NCBI GenBank assembly: GCA_964016885.1
Contig: OZ024765.1
Span: 11,470,001 to 11,534,000, forward strand
Length of the DNA stretch: 64,000 nucleotides
Source of the DNA: Eledone cirrhosa
Taxonomy: Eukaryota
Direction of reading: 5' to 3'
A program made the position numbers and the translations under genes. The notes under the pieces are model-generated. The model saw nothing but the letters and a program-made list of their open reading frames with translations, was not told where the DNA came from and ran no database searches. Every line of letters starts with the position of its first letter. Position 1 is the first letter of the stretch. Shown piece after piece: positions 1 to 12,270 of the stretch.

Positions 1-570
1 ATTTGTATGTATGTATCTATCTATCTATGTATCTATGCATGTATGTGTGTATGCATGTGTGTGTGTGAATGAACTATGTATGTGTGTGTGCCTGCATGTA
101 TTTATGTATGTATGTATACATATGTTCATGTGTGTGTTTACGTATGTATTAATGTATATATGTGTGTGTTTACGTATGTATGCATATGTGTATATATATA
201 TATATGTATGTATGTACTAATATATATATATATGTATGTATGTACTAATATATGTATATATGTATGTCTATGTATAAATGTACATATATATATATGTACG
301 TATGTATATATGTATGCCTATGTATGTACATATATATATATGTATGTATGTATATATGTATATGTGTCTATGTCTACATGTATGTACGTACTTATATATG
401 TATGTATGATTATGTCTGTATGTACGTACATATTTACATATGTATGTATGTATGTATATCTATGTCTGCATGTATGTACGTACTTATATATGAATGTATG
501 TATGTTTATATATCTATGTCTGTATATATGTATGTATGTATGTATGTACTTATATGTATGTACTTACTAT
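1..570. repeat. (TATG/TGTA)n compound microsatellite
   Basis: Continuous TA/TG/TATG low-complexity sequence; it produces the Y/V/C/M-rich spurious ORFs. Confidence 0.95.
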
Positions 571-1178
571 GTCAGGTCACCAGTTGGTGCTACTGGTAAC
601 ATGTATCCCAGTACAACCTGTCTCATGGTCGGGTCGTTGGCGACTAAACTGGCAACCCCACCAAGGTTTCTTGGTGAGGAGGGTGACTTCGGACATCCTG
701 CAGGACTAAAAACAAAACCTGTCAAAGGGCAAAGGAGCTCTTAAGAGTCAATGGCCATCCAAAATCACCGGGAGAGATGACCCCTTAGCCTTTGTCAAGG
801 CAGAATTCTAGGAGAAGGAAAACTCTGATATAACACCTGCAACCCTGATGGTATCCAATGATGTTGACTTGTTCTTCTTTTTGGTAAATATCATCTTGGT
901 TAAGAGAGTGGGACTGGCTTTGTGCAGTGCCTTTGCTCACTATAAAAGCTTCACGGCACAGGCATTGTTTTATATCTGGAGATCTCTCTGCACTTGTTGT
1001 CACATGGTACCATGGGCCCAGCACTATGTGTCAATAATTGTCACGGGTGTAGTGTTTGTACCAGAGTTTTCAATACGCTGGCTGGACTAAAAAGGTCACA
1101 CTTGTTCAGGGCATCGGTAGTTCTCCTACATGGATATAAGGTAGTGGCCGTACTCGAAAACGAGTTGGCAGCCACCAT
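571..1178 (+). mobile_element. Non-autonomous RTE-LINE derivative (5'UTR-like part joined to the ORF 3' end)
   Basis: Motifs GGCGACTAAACTGGCAACCCC and CTAGGAGAAGGAAAACTC resemble RTE 5'UTRs; the 3' part encodes CSVCTRVFNTLAGLK (C2H2-like RTE C-terminus); related segments at 3823-3989, 4368-4762 and 38740-39135. Confidence 0.7.
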
Positions 1179-1369
1179 GTACTTATATATGTATGTTTAA
1201 TCCAACTGTAAGGCCCCTTAGGTATATATCTTTTATCGTGATTAGAAATATACAATAATAAAAATCCTTAAACCCTTTTGTTACCATATTTCTATTAAAA
1301 CACCCTGCCTACACTATGTTTCAAATAATTTAATAAATAATATATGAATTAAATGCAAGAATGGCAAAA

Positions 1370-3270
1370 GCTGGTGCAGTAGTCCTCAAATGCCCCTTGT
1401 AGGGCAGAGTCCTCAAACACTCCCTTTAGCAGGTTCTGAAAGAAGCAACCATCTCCAACTGATTCAGCTAGATCCCCAAGCAAGACCAGCCAAGCTCATG
1501 GATGTTATCCAACCATCTTGCTTGAGGTAGTTTACCCCTGCATCTCCTGCTGGTTGGTTTTGCCCATAAAAATCTGTCCAGCAATTCTTTCCTGAGACAT
1601 TCTAACCACATGTCCATTGTATCAGAGCTGTGATCTCTCAATTCAGAGAAGTAGCAGCTCTACCTGGAATGACTCTCTGATCTCTGAGCTACAAATCTGT
1701 CCAGCAATTCTTTTCTGAGACATTCTAACCACATGTCCATTGTATCAGAGCTGTGATCTCTCAATTTAGAGAAGTAGCAGCTCTACCTGGAATGACTCTC
1801 TGGTCTCTGAGCTACAAATATCTCCAGCAATTCTTTCCCGAGACATTCTAACCACATGTCCATTGTATCAGAGCTGTGATCTCTCAATTCAGAGAAGTAG
1901 CAGCTCTACCTGGAGTGACTCTCTGATCTCTGAGCTACAAATCTGTCCAGCAATTCTTTCCTGAGACATTCTAACCACATGTCCATTGTATCAGATCTGT
2001 GATCTCTCAATTCAGAGAAGTAGCAGCTCTACCTGGAATGACTCTCCGATCTCCGTGCTACAAATCTGTCCAGCAATTCTTTCCTGAGACATTCTAACCA
2101 CATGTCCATTGTATCAGAGCTGTGATCTCTCAATTCAGAGAAGTAGCAGCTCTACCTGGAGTGACTCTCCGATCTCCGTGCTACAAATCTGTCCAGCAAT
2201 TCTTTCCTGAGACATTCTAACCACATGTCCATAGTATCAGAGCTGTGATCTCTCAATTCAGAGAAGTAGTAGCTCTACCTGGAGTGACTCTCCGATCTCC
2301 GTGCTACAAATCTGTCCAGCAATTCTTTCCTGAGACATTCTAACCACATGTCCATAGTATCAGAGCTGTGATCTCTCAATTCAGAGAAGTAGCAGCTCTA
2401 CCTGGAGTGACTCTCTGATCTCCGAGCTACAAATCTGTCCAGCAATTCTTTCCTGAGACATTCTAACCACATGTCCATTGTATCAGAGCTGTGATCTCTC
2501 AATTCAGAGAAGTAGCAGCTCTACCTGGAATGACTCTCTGATCTCTGAGCTACAAATCTGTCCAGCAATTCTTTCCTGAGACATTCTAACCACATGTCCA
2601 TTGTATCAGAGCTGTGATCTCTCAATTTAGAGAAGTAGCAGCTCTACCTGGAAAGACTCTCTGATCTCTGAGCTACAAATCTGTCCAGCAATTCTTTCCT
2701 GAGACATTCTAACCACATGTCCATTGTATCAGAGCTGTGATCTCTCAATTTAGAGAAGTAGCAGCTCTACCTGGAATGACTCTCTGATCTCTGAGCTACA
2801 AATCTGTCCAGCAATTCTTTCCTGAGACATTCTAACCACATGTCCATTGTATCAGAGCTGTGATCTCTCAATACAGAAAAGTAGCAGCTCTACCTGGAGT
2901 GACTCTCTGATCTCTGAGCTACAAATATCTCCAGCAATTCTTTCCTGAGACATTCTAACCACATGTCCATTGTATCAGAGCTGTGATCTCTCAATTCAGA
3001 GAAGTAGCAGCTCTACCTGGAATGACTCTCTGATCTCTGAGCTACAAATATCTCCAGCAATTCTTTCCTGAGACATTCTAACCACATGTCCATAGTATTG
3101 GAGCTGTGATCTCTCAATTCGGAGAAGTAGCGGCTCTACCTGGAGTGACTCTCTGATCTCCGAGTTACGCACGTTATTGAGTAATGTTACTCCAAAGACC
3201 CTTCGGAGGAATCCCATTTTGGCTGCTTGTATTTATAATCCTATTCTTTTCGTCATTATCCACGATTCAT
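1370..3270 (-). mobile_element. Rex3/Expander-like RTE LINE 3' fragment, inactivated, with internal tandem array
   Basis: Minus-strand translation MGFLRRVFGVTLL..VRNSEIRESLQVEPLLLRIERSQL..YGHVVRM matches the recalled Rex3/Expander C-terminal motif (EPLLLRIERSQLRWxGH); stop codons in the repeated units. Confidence 0.85.
1571..3165. repeat. 123-bp tandem array, 13 copies
   Basis: GAGACATTCTAACC recurs at 1594, 1717, 1840 ... 3070 with exact 123-bp spacing. Confidence 0.95.
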
Positions 3271-3624
3271 CACCATCCCCACACTAAGCCCTGGTATGGT
3301 GGTGACAGACATCATCAGGCTACAGCCATCATATTACCTAGATTATATATCAACTCAAAAGACAGAAAGAATTATATATTATTTAGTTAACCAAAGTATA
3401 TGCAAATGTTGAAATATGTAAACCTGTTCCATATATACACTTCAAAAGAATAACTGCATATATAACGAAATCTATGCATGTGTGTGTGTATGTTTGTTTG
3501 GAGGTATATGTATGTGCATCCATGTAGATATAAGTGTGTATACATATATTTATGCATATATATCTGAGTGTTTGTATGTATATCTGTATGAATTTCTGCA
3601 TGCATTTAAGTAAATAACTATGTG

Positions 3625-3675
<51 letters not shown>

Positions 3676-3822
3676 GTAAGTATGTATGTATGCATGTATA
3701 TATATATATATGTATATATAGATGTAAGTATATATGTGTATATGTACATATGTATGTGAATGTATATATGTGTGTGTGTATGTATGTACGTGTATGTATG
3801 TGTGTATATATGTGTGTATGTA

Positions 3823-3989
3823 TGGGCCCAGTACTATGTGTTAATAATTGTCACAAGTGTAGTGTTTGTACCAGAGTTTTCAAGTCGCTGGCTGGACTAA
3901 AAAGTCACACTCGTTCAGCGCATCGGTAGGGGTTCTCCTACATGGATATAAAGTAGTGACCGTACTCGAAAACGAGTTGGCAGCCACCA
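3823..3989 (+). mobile_element. RTE 3'-end fragment (C2H2-like terminus)
   Basis: Encodes CSVCTRVFKSLAGLKSHTRSAHR*; closely similar to 1012-1178. Confidence 0.7.
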
Positions 3990-4307
3990 TATATATATAT
4001 ATACATATGAAACGTAATCCTGGTATGTGTATATGCATTTTTTCTTTTAACTTTAATTGTATACCTAATTCTGAATGGTTGACGATATATTTCATAGATT
4101 TCCACGTGCTATTGAAATGCTGGGTAAATATTCTATAGCTGTTGATCATAAATAGATGGTTGTCGTTTATTTATCTATTATTTCTTCATAGGTTCCTTTT
4201 AATCTTATAGCCTGGTTTAATTGGTCTTTTGTGTGGTTGATTATGCTAATTGAGAGAGGAAATGGTGTATATATATTATCAAATGATTCTATGGACATAA
4301 GTTATAG

Positions 4308-4340
<33 letters not shown>

Positions 4341-4367
4341 ATGTATTCAAGTATTCATTTATATTAT

Positions 4368-4762
4368 TGTCGGGGTATTCTTCTAGAAGGCAACTCAGGA
4401 AACTGGGATCTGGGATAACCCCGACATAAAACCTGTGGCTCATAAAACCCGACATAAAACCACTGGAACTGAAGGACCCCTAGCCTTTGTCAGGGCATTC
4501 TTCTAGGAGAAGGTAACTCAGGAAACTGGGATAACTCCGATATAAAACCTGCGGCTCAGTAGTTACCGATGATGTTGATCTTTTCTTCTTTTCGGGTTAT
4601 AGCTACTGTCGCTCAGAGAGTGGGATTGGCTCAGTGCACAGTCTTTCCTCACTTTAAAAAAAATCTTCACGCACAGGAATTGCACAATAGAATTAATTAA
4701 TAATTATTATGAATGTTATATCATGCAATGACCATACTCGATAACGAGGGGGTAGCCATCGT
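4368..4762 (+). mobile_element. RTE-derived non-autonomous element, partial
   Basis: ACCCCTAGCCTTTGTCAGGGCATTCTTCTAGGAGAAGGTAACTC block shared with 780-960 and 38983-39135; ends in a GACCATACTCGATAACGAG tail like 1147-1178. Confidence 0.65.
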
Positions 4763-5102
4763 CATGGCTTAGTGGTTAGAGCATTGGCCTTGCAATCGAA
4801 AGGTTGTGAGTTCAATTCTCAGACCGGGTGATGTGTTGTTTCCTTGAGCAAGACACTTTATTTCACATTGCTCCAGTTTACTCAGCTGTAGAAATGAGAT
4901 GATAGGGACTGGGATCCCTATCATTCCACTGCAAAGTGGTCGTGGAGGTGCCACGGCAAAAAAGCACCCAGCACTCACTGTAAATGAGGTTGGTGTTAGG
5001 AAGGGCATCCAGCTGTAGAAATCAAGCCAGAATCAGTTCCCGTCCCACCCTTGCAAGCAGGGAAAAGTGGACGTAAAATGAAATGATGATGATGATGATG
5101 AT
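4763..5102 (+). mobile_element. Young tRNA-derived SINE (box A/B head, CORE-like segment, RTE-type tail)
   Basis: Box A TGGCTTAGTGG, box B GAGTTCAATTC, CCTTGAGCAAGACACTT core, (GAT)n tail; near-identical copies at 20803, 27931, 28436, 32419 and 50830. Confidence 0.9.
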
Positions 5103-5379
5103 ATATATATATATATATGCATAATTGAATATAAAAGAAAGATAAACAAAGATATATACATATATGTGTTTAAATCGTAAGGCTCCAGATTTACTAGGGT
5201 GAAAAAATTACTAATTATGAACAATAGGGTTTGCCAAACTCAATTTAAGAATAAATCATGAAAATAATTAGAGACCGACATTGGGGTAACTACCATATAT
5301 GGCTCGGAAAAATCTCTTCCCTTGAGCTATTTAATTGTAAGAGACTATTTTGAGTTTCTAACTCAATATATATCTTTGA

Positions 5380-5632
5380 TATATACATATACATGTGTGT
5401 ATGTGTATATATATAATACGTATATACATATATAAATGTGTGTGTGTGTTGTTTTGTGTGTTACCTCATTAATAAGAAATAGAGTTCTAAATATATATAT
5501 ATATGTGTGTATATATCATCATCATCATCATCACCATCGTTTAACGTCTGTTTACTGTGTTTGCAAGGGTTGGAAAGATATATATATATATATATGTATG
5601 TATATATTATACACACATATACATATATATAC

Positions 5633-5670
<38 letters not shown>

Positions 5671-5815
5671 ATCTGTGAGGACATATAGGTGTTTCACATT
5701 TACCTGTGTGTGTAGGCTTCACACCTCTTTATGTATATATGCAGGTGTGAACATGTTTATGTATGATAACACATGCACACATACATGCATATATACATAC
5801 ACACATACATCCATA

Positions 5816-5847
<32 letters not shown>

Positions 5848-6290
5848 CACACATACATACATACACACATCTATCCGTATATATATATATACATACAACC
5901 ATACATACATATATATATATACATACATACATATATATACATACATCACACACACAGACATTCATTCATACATACATTCATACATGCATACATACCCACA
6001 TACATCCATACATACATTTATATACATCTACACACACACACACACACACATCCATACATACATACATCCATACATACACACATCCATTCAAACAGCCATA
6101 TATCCATACATATATATACCTATATATACATATATATATACACATATACATATATATATATATATATATATACATACATACAAACACGCATATACATCCA
6201 GCCATACACCCATACATCTATCCATACATACATACCCACACACATACACACTTGCTCACACACATCCATGCATCTGTATGTGTATAAAGA
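5380..6290. repeat. (TA)n/(CATA)n/(CA)n microsatellite region
   Basis: Low-complexity sequence, interrupted by a short SINE tail at about 5517-5575. Confidence 0.9.
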
Positions 6291-7475
6291 TACAATGCTA
6301 TATAATCTACATTGGAAATCTATTGTGCTCCATATTTTCATTTCAAAGCAACTAATCATTGTAAACATACCCCCCACACCCCCACCACCACCACCACCAC
6401 CTCCATCATCAACAACAACAACACCACCACCTTAAAAATATGTAGGACATATTTGATAATGACCGGTCCATCCATCAGCCCACATTTGAATATATGTCTC
6501 TTTTGATTTAAATGTAGTCCTAGATATATATATAGCGACTGAAAGAAACGTCGGCACGTTACATATTAAGGAAGTGCTTCTTATCAAACGACTGCAACCG
6601 CAAATAAACAACCGATTAGAGAGAAGCGAAATGAAATGGCTGGTTTAAGTTAACAAGCGATGCAACAACACACAACACACGCACACACACACACACACAA
6701 ACGAGACAACTACACACACACACGTACACACACACAGTAGCATTCCACCATACGAACATACTACACTGCCAATACAGATGAACAAGGCAACAACACACAC
6801 ACATACAAACGAGACAACTACACACACACACGCACACACACACACAGTAGCATTCCACCATACGAACATACTACACTGCCAATACAGATGAACAAGGCAA
6901 CAACACACACACACACACACACACACTCAAGCGAGACAACAACACACGCACACACACACACAGTAACATTTAACAAACAGGCAGAGAATGGACTGACAGC
7001 TAGCGCCATCCCACTCCCTCATTTGGCCGCTGACCTCTATACGACCGACCCCATTTCACGCGTACGCGCGCTCGGCCGAATACCTCAGATATTCAAATCA
7101 ACAAACAGCGAAAGACGTGTTCCGAGTTGTCCGACAGACAACCTTTTCCCCCACCCCGGGAAAAAACCCCAGTTGATGGATGTGAATCCGAAATATATAG
7201 GGACTATTAAATCTCTCCCAAGGTAACTCTCTCTTGTGTTGTTATTTTTATTTTATTTTTATTTTATTTTTATCCTTTATACTCTTCCCTCCATTCTACA
7301 CATCTCACACATGTTATACACACCACGCATCTCAACGTACACCCACTTACATCTCTCTCTCCACCACCGGACCTTGTTACCCGGAGATTTACCCATTTGC
7401 ATTGTCGAGGCTTCCAAACGACTTAAAGATATTTACTTATTGTTCCACAATACTTCAAGCAAACTTCAATACTCT

Positions 7476-7515
<40 letters not shown>

Positions 7516-7549
7516 TAACAAATGGAAACTATATTTATAAAACCATATT

Positions 7550-7614
7550 TATTTCATTATACATATTTCAAGGACACCAAAGCAAATTATGGTGCGCTTT
7601 CATCAGATAAAATA
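7550..7614 (-). ncRNA. Type I hammerhead ribozyme motif, family B
   Basis: tattttat-CTGATGA-aagcgcacc..ggtgtcctt-GAAA-tatgtat-A-atgaaata: 8-bp stem I, 8-pair stem II with one C/C mismatch, near-palindromic minimal stem III, AUA triplet. Confidence 0.7.
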
Positions 7615-7754
7615 TAATATAGAGCAGTTTTATAAACAAATATTGACATACCCTTAAAAGAATGCGACCATGTCTGTTGGAAGCTCCCGGATAGTGTGTG
7701 TGTATATTCTTTTAAGGGTATGTCAATATTTGTTTATAAAACTGATCTATATTA

Positions 7755-7819
7755 TATTTTATTTGATGAAAGTGCACCATAATTTGCTTTGGTGTCCTTG
7801 AAATATGTATAATGAAATA
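7755..7819 (+). ncRNA. Hammerhead family B copy with C3>U core change (TTGATGA)
   Basis: Inverted partner of 7550-7614; same stems, mutated core. Confidence 0.55.
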
Positions 7820-7951
7820 AATATGGTTTTATAAATATAGTTTCCATTTATTAATATATTGTATTTTTACTCCAAAAAGTTGTTGAGTGCTTTATATCAG
7901 TTATAAAAATATTTGCTTGTTGTATCCCAACAATTTAAATATAACTTTTAC

Positions 7952-7986
<35 letters not shown>

Positions 7987-8160
7987 AGGGCACATGGCTT
8001 AGTGGTTAGAGCATTTGGCTTGCAATTGAGAGGTTGTGAGTTCGATTCTCGGACCAGGTGATATGTTGTGTCCTTGAGCAAGACTTTATTTCACTTTATA
8101 CTCAGCTGTAGAAATAAAATGCAACGTCACTTGTCATTTCCTTTCCCTTGGACAACACCA
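7987..8160 (+). mobile_element. tRNA-derived SINE, 5' part
   Basis: GGCACATGGCTTAGTGG..GAGTTCGATTC..CCTTGAGCAAGAC; breaks off at GGACAACA. Confidence 0.85.
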
Positions 8161-9128
8161 TATAGAGTATAGAGTGTATATATAGAGTATATAGTGTATA
8201 TATAGAGTATAGAGTGTATATATAGAGTATATAGTGTATATATAGAGTATAGAGTGTATATATATAGAGTATATAGTGTATATATAGAGTATAGAGTGTA
8301 TATATATAGAGTATAGAGTGTATATATAGAGTATAGAGAGTATAGAGTGTATATATAGAGTATAGAGTGTATATATAGAGTATAGAGTGTATATATAGAG
8401 TATATAGTGTATATATATAGAGTATAGAGTGTATAAATAGAGTATATAGTGTATATATAGAGTATAGAGTGTATATATATAGAGTATAGAGTGTATATAT
8501 AGAGTATAGAGAGTATAGAGTGTATAGAGTATAGAGTGCATATATAGAGTATAGAGTGTATATATAGAGTATAGAGTGTATATATAGAGTATATAGTGTA
8601 TATAGAGAGTATATAGTGTATATAGAGAGTATAGAGTGTATATATAGAGTATATAGTGTATATATAGAGTATAGAGTGTATATATAGAGTATAAAGTGTA
8701 TATATAGAGTATAGAGAGTATAGAGTGTATATATAGAGTATAGAGTGTATATATAGAGTATATAGAGAGTATAGAGTGTATATATAGAGTATAGTGTGTA
8801 TATATAGAGTATAGAGTGTATATATAGAGTATATAGTGTATATATAGAGTATAGAGTGTAGAGTGTGTATATAGAGTATAGAGTGTATATAGAGAGTATA
8901 GAGTGTATATATAGAGTATATAGAGAGTATAGAGTGTATATATAGAGTATAGTGTGTATATATAGAGTATAGAGTGTATATATAGAGTATAGTGTGTATA
9001 TATAGAGTATAGAGTGTATATATAGAGTATATAGTGTATATATAGAGTATAGAGTGTAGAGTGTATATAGAGAGTATAGAGTGTATATACAGAGTATAGA
9101 GTGTATATATAGAGTATATAGAGTATAT
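8161..9128. repeat. About 20-bp minisatellite (TATATAGAGTATAGAGTGTA)n
   Basis: About 970 bp of degenerate units; source of the YTL/IHS ORFs. Confidence 0.95.
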
Positions 9129-9211
9129 CCAGCAACCGAAACAAATAGGAAGTATACCAAATCCAATGCTCATAGGCAGCCATAGTTCTTCAGCCAGATA
9201 AGATTAAATTT

Positions 9212-10010
9212 AGCTGTAGTCCTAGACTCATTATATTTCAATAAATGATCAGATGAGATGGTCATGGGATGGCTGACTTATCTTTAAACTCAACTCTCTT
9301 TTGATTCAATTTAGTTTAAGCTGTAGTCCTAGGCTCATTATATTTCAATAAATGATCAGATGAGATGGTCATGGGATGGCTGAGTCATCTTTAAACTCAA
9401 CTCTCTTGTGATTCAATTTAGTTTAAGCTGTAGTCCTAGGCTCATTATATGCCAATAAATGATCAGATGAGATGGTCATGGGATGGCTGACTCATCTTTA
9501 AACTCAACTCTCTTGTGATTCAATTTAGTTTAAGCTGTAGTCCTAGGCTCATTATATTTCAATGATCAGATGAGATGGTCATGGGATGGCTGACTCATCT
9601 TTAAACTCAACTCTCTTGTGATTCAATTTAGTTTAAGCTGTAGTCTTAGGCTCATTATATTTCTATGATCAGATGAGATGGTCATGGGATGGCTGAGTCA
9701 TCTTTAAACTCAACTCTCATGTGATTCAATTTAGTTTAAGCTGTAGTCCTAGACTCATTATATTTCAATAAATGATCAGATGAGATGGTCATGGGATGGC
9801 TGAGTCATCTTTAAACTCAACTCTCATGTGATTCAATTTAGTTTAAGCTGTAGTCCTAGGCTCATTATATTCCAATGATGGGATGGGATGGAATGGAATG
9901 GTCATGGCGATGGCTGGAACAACTTTAAAACACAGCTCTCTCTCATTCTCTCTCTCTATCATTCTCTCTCTCTTGTGATTCACTTTAGTTTGAGCTGGAG
10001 GCTAAACAAT
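9212..10010. repeat. 103-107-bp tandem array, 6 copies plus one degenerate copy
   Basis: AGCTGTAGTC at 9212, 9319, 9426, 9533, 9636, 9739 and 9846; the last unit runs into a SINE-tail-like end (GGCTAAACAATAAC). Confidence 0.9.
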
Positions 10011-10219
10011 AACTTTTAAGAACCATGAAACAAACACCTAAAATGGAATACGATGAAAACGTGAGATTTTAGCACGTAAAAAGTAAAATAAAATGGAACG
10101 GTGTATAAATAAATGAAAGGAATATATATGTCCAAGCTACTTCAAGATGGTGGCTTAGACAGATAAGAATTATGAAAATATGAAGAAAGATGGGAATATA
10201 TAACTATATTATGCTCTAT

Positions 10220-10406
10220 TGTATGTGTGTATGTACATATATATATATATATATATATGGGGTGGGGGGTTGTATGTGTATGTATATATATATATGAATG
10301 TATATAAATATATGTGTGTGTGTGTGTGTGCGCGCGTGTATCAATCAATATATGTGTCTGTGTATCTATATCTATATGTATGTATATATATATAAGTACT
10401 ATATAT

Positions 10407-10461
<55 letters not shown>

Positions 10462-10548
10462 GAACAAAAAAAATTGTATGTGTATATATGTATATATATA
10501 CATTTTTTCAATGTATTTAGTTTACCATTCTCTCTCTCTCTAAATATA

Positions 10549-10601
<53 letters not shown>

Positions 10602-10945
10602 GTTATATATATATATATATATACATATATATACATATATATGTATATATATATATATGTGTCTGTGTATATATATATAGAGAGAGAGAGAGATATACAT
10701 ATATAAACATATATATACATATATATATACACACATGTATAGATACATACATGCATATATATATACATGTATATATACACACATACATATATATATATAC
10801 ATACATGCATATATATATACATGTATATATACACACATACATATATACATACATGCATATATATACATATATGTAAACATATACACACACACACACATAT
10901 ATATATATATATTGGCTTTTTGCTACAATATTTTCTATACCTTTC

Positions 10946-10984
<39 letters not shown>

Positions 10985-11035
10985 CGTATATTAAATAAAT
11001 AAGTTATATATATATACACCCGTATATATATATAA
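10220..11035. repeat. (TA)n/(CATA)n microsatellite region
   Basis: Low-complexity sequence. Confidence 0.9.
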
Positions 11036-11369
11036 CTGAATGAAAAAACAGTAAATTAGTAGCAGCAGCAAATGAGTGTCCATTTTCTTCTCATGGAAGG
11101 CGCCAACTACCAAGAGTAATATAATTGGCGATGAAGGGAAGTTTTAAGACGTGACTTACGTATTTCGAGATTTATTAAATTATTTATTTAATTTTGGGTA
11201 TTCAGAAGTTGTTATCAATGAGTGGATAGAGTGCTTTACTCTTTCTCTTCCCGTCCTCTCCCTCCCTGGATTTTTTGTTTTTTGGCTTTAGGCAGCAGTT
11301 TGAAGATTTGTGGGTCATGTGCACGATTGTGGCTTGTCGGTGGGTTATCGTTTATTAACTGGGTTTCTG

Positions 11370-11968
11370 TATTGTTGTGTGTGTAGTTGCTGTTGTTGTG
11401 GTGGTGGTTGTTATTGTTGTGTGTGTAGTTGCTGTTGTTGTGGTGGTGGTTGTTATTGTTGTGGTTGTTGTGGTTGTTGTGATGGTTGTTGTTGTGATTA
11501 TTGTTGTTGTAGTAGTTGTGGTGGTTGTGATTGTTGTTGTTGTGATTGTGGTTGTTGTGATTATTGTTGTTGTTGTAGTTGTGGTGGTTGTGATTGTTGT
11601 TGTTGTGATTGTGGTTGTTGTGATTATTGTTGTTGTTGTAGTTGTGGTGGTTCTGATTGTTGTTGTTGTTGTGATTGTGGTTGTTGTGATTATTGTTGTT
11701 GTAGTTGTGGTTGTGATTGTTGTTGTAGTTGTTGTTATTGTTGTAGTTGTGGTGGTTGTTGTTGTAGTTGTGGTTGTTGTTGTACTTGTCGTTATTCTTG
11801 TAGTTGTGGTTGTTGTTGTAGTTGTGATTGTAGTTGTAGCTGCAGTTGTGGTTGTTGTTGTAGTTGTGGTGGTTATTGTTGTTGTTGTGGTTATTGTTGT
11901 AGTTGTAATTGCTGTAGTTGTGGTTGCAGTTGTAGCTGCAGTTGTTGTTGTTGTTGTTGTTGCTGTTG
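11370..11968. repeat. (GTT/GTG/GTA)n trinucleotide mosaic
   Basis: Produces the poly-N/H, poly-C and poly-V ORFs. Confidence 0.95.
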
Positions 11969-12270
11969 CAAAGGCACATCACTTAGTGATTAGGATGCTC
12001 AGCTCTAGATCATAAGGTTGTGAGTTCAAGTCCCAGTAACATGTAGAGACATTGCAGTGTATTACATCCGACTCACTGATGACTCCGCTGATTCCCTGCC
12101 CCAGAACAACAATGTTTGTATATCTACAAAAACAGAATTGAGACAACGAGTTTCTTTTTTATGCCTGCCTCCCTTCTTCTCACTACTGAAGCTGGCACGT
12201 TGCTGCACCAGCTTTTGTAATTCTTTAACTTAATTGAGCCTCCTTCCATCACTCATGAACATTGATGGCC

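Larger units (their letters stand above)
7511..7859. mobile_element. Palindromic element (about 150-bp arms, about 42-bp spacer) next to (TA)n; Penelope-like inverted pLTR pair
   Basis: 7511-7663 is the reverse complement of 7706-7859 with few mismatches; each arm carries an HHR motif. Confidence 0.75.

Noticed and set aside
600-660. HDV-like ribozyme
   Set aside because: P4- and J4/2-like pieces are present, but P1 and P1.1 could not be formed
9212-9900. Retrozyme-like array: the minus strand reads ctcat-CTGATCA-tttatt-GAAATATA-atgag in several units
   Set aside because: G8 is C in every unit, breaking the C3-G8 pair; there is no stem II; the unit appears SINE-tail derived. Cheap to recheck with Infernal
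12078-12124. 47-nt minus-strand exon candidate (TTTTTGTAG|..|GTGAGT)
   Set aside because: Splice signals only; no recognisable peptide or partner exon
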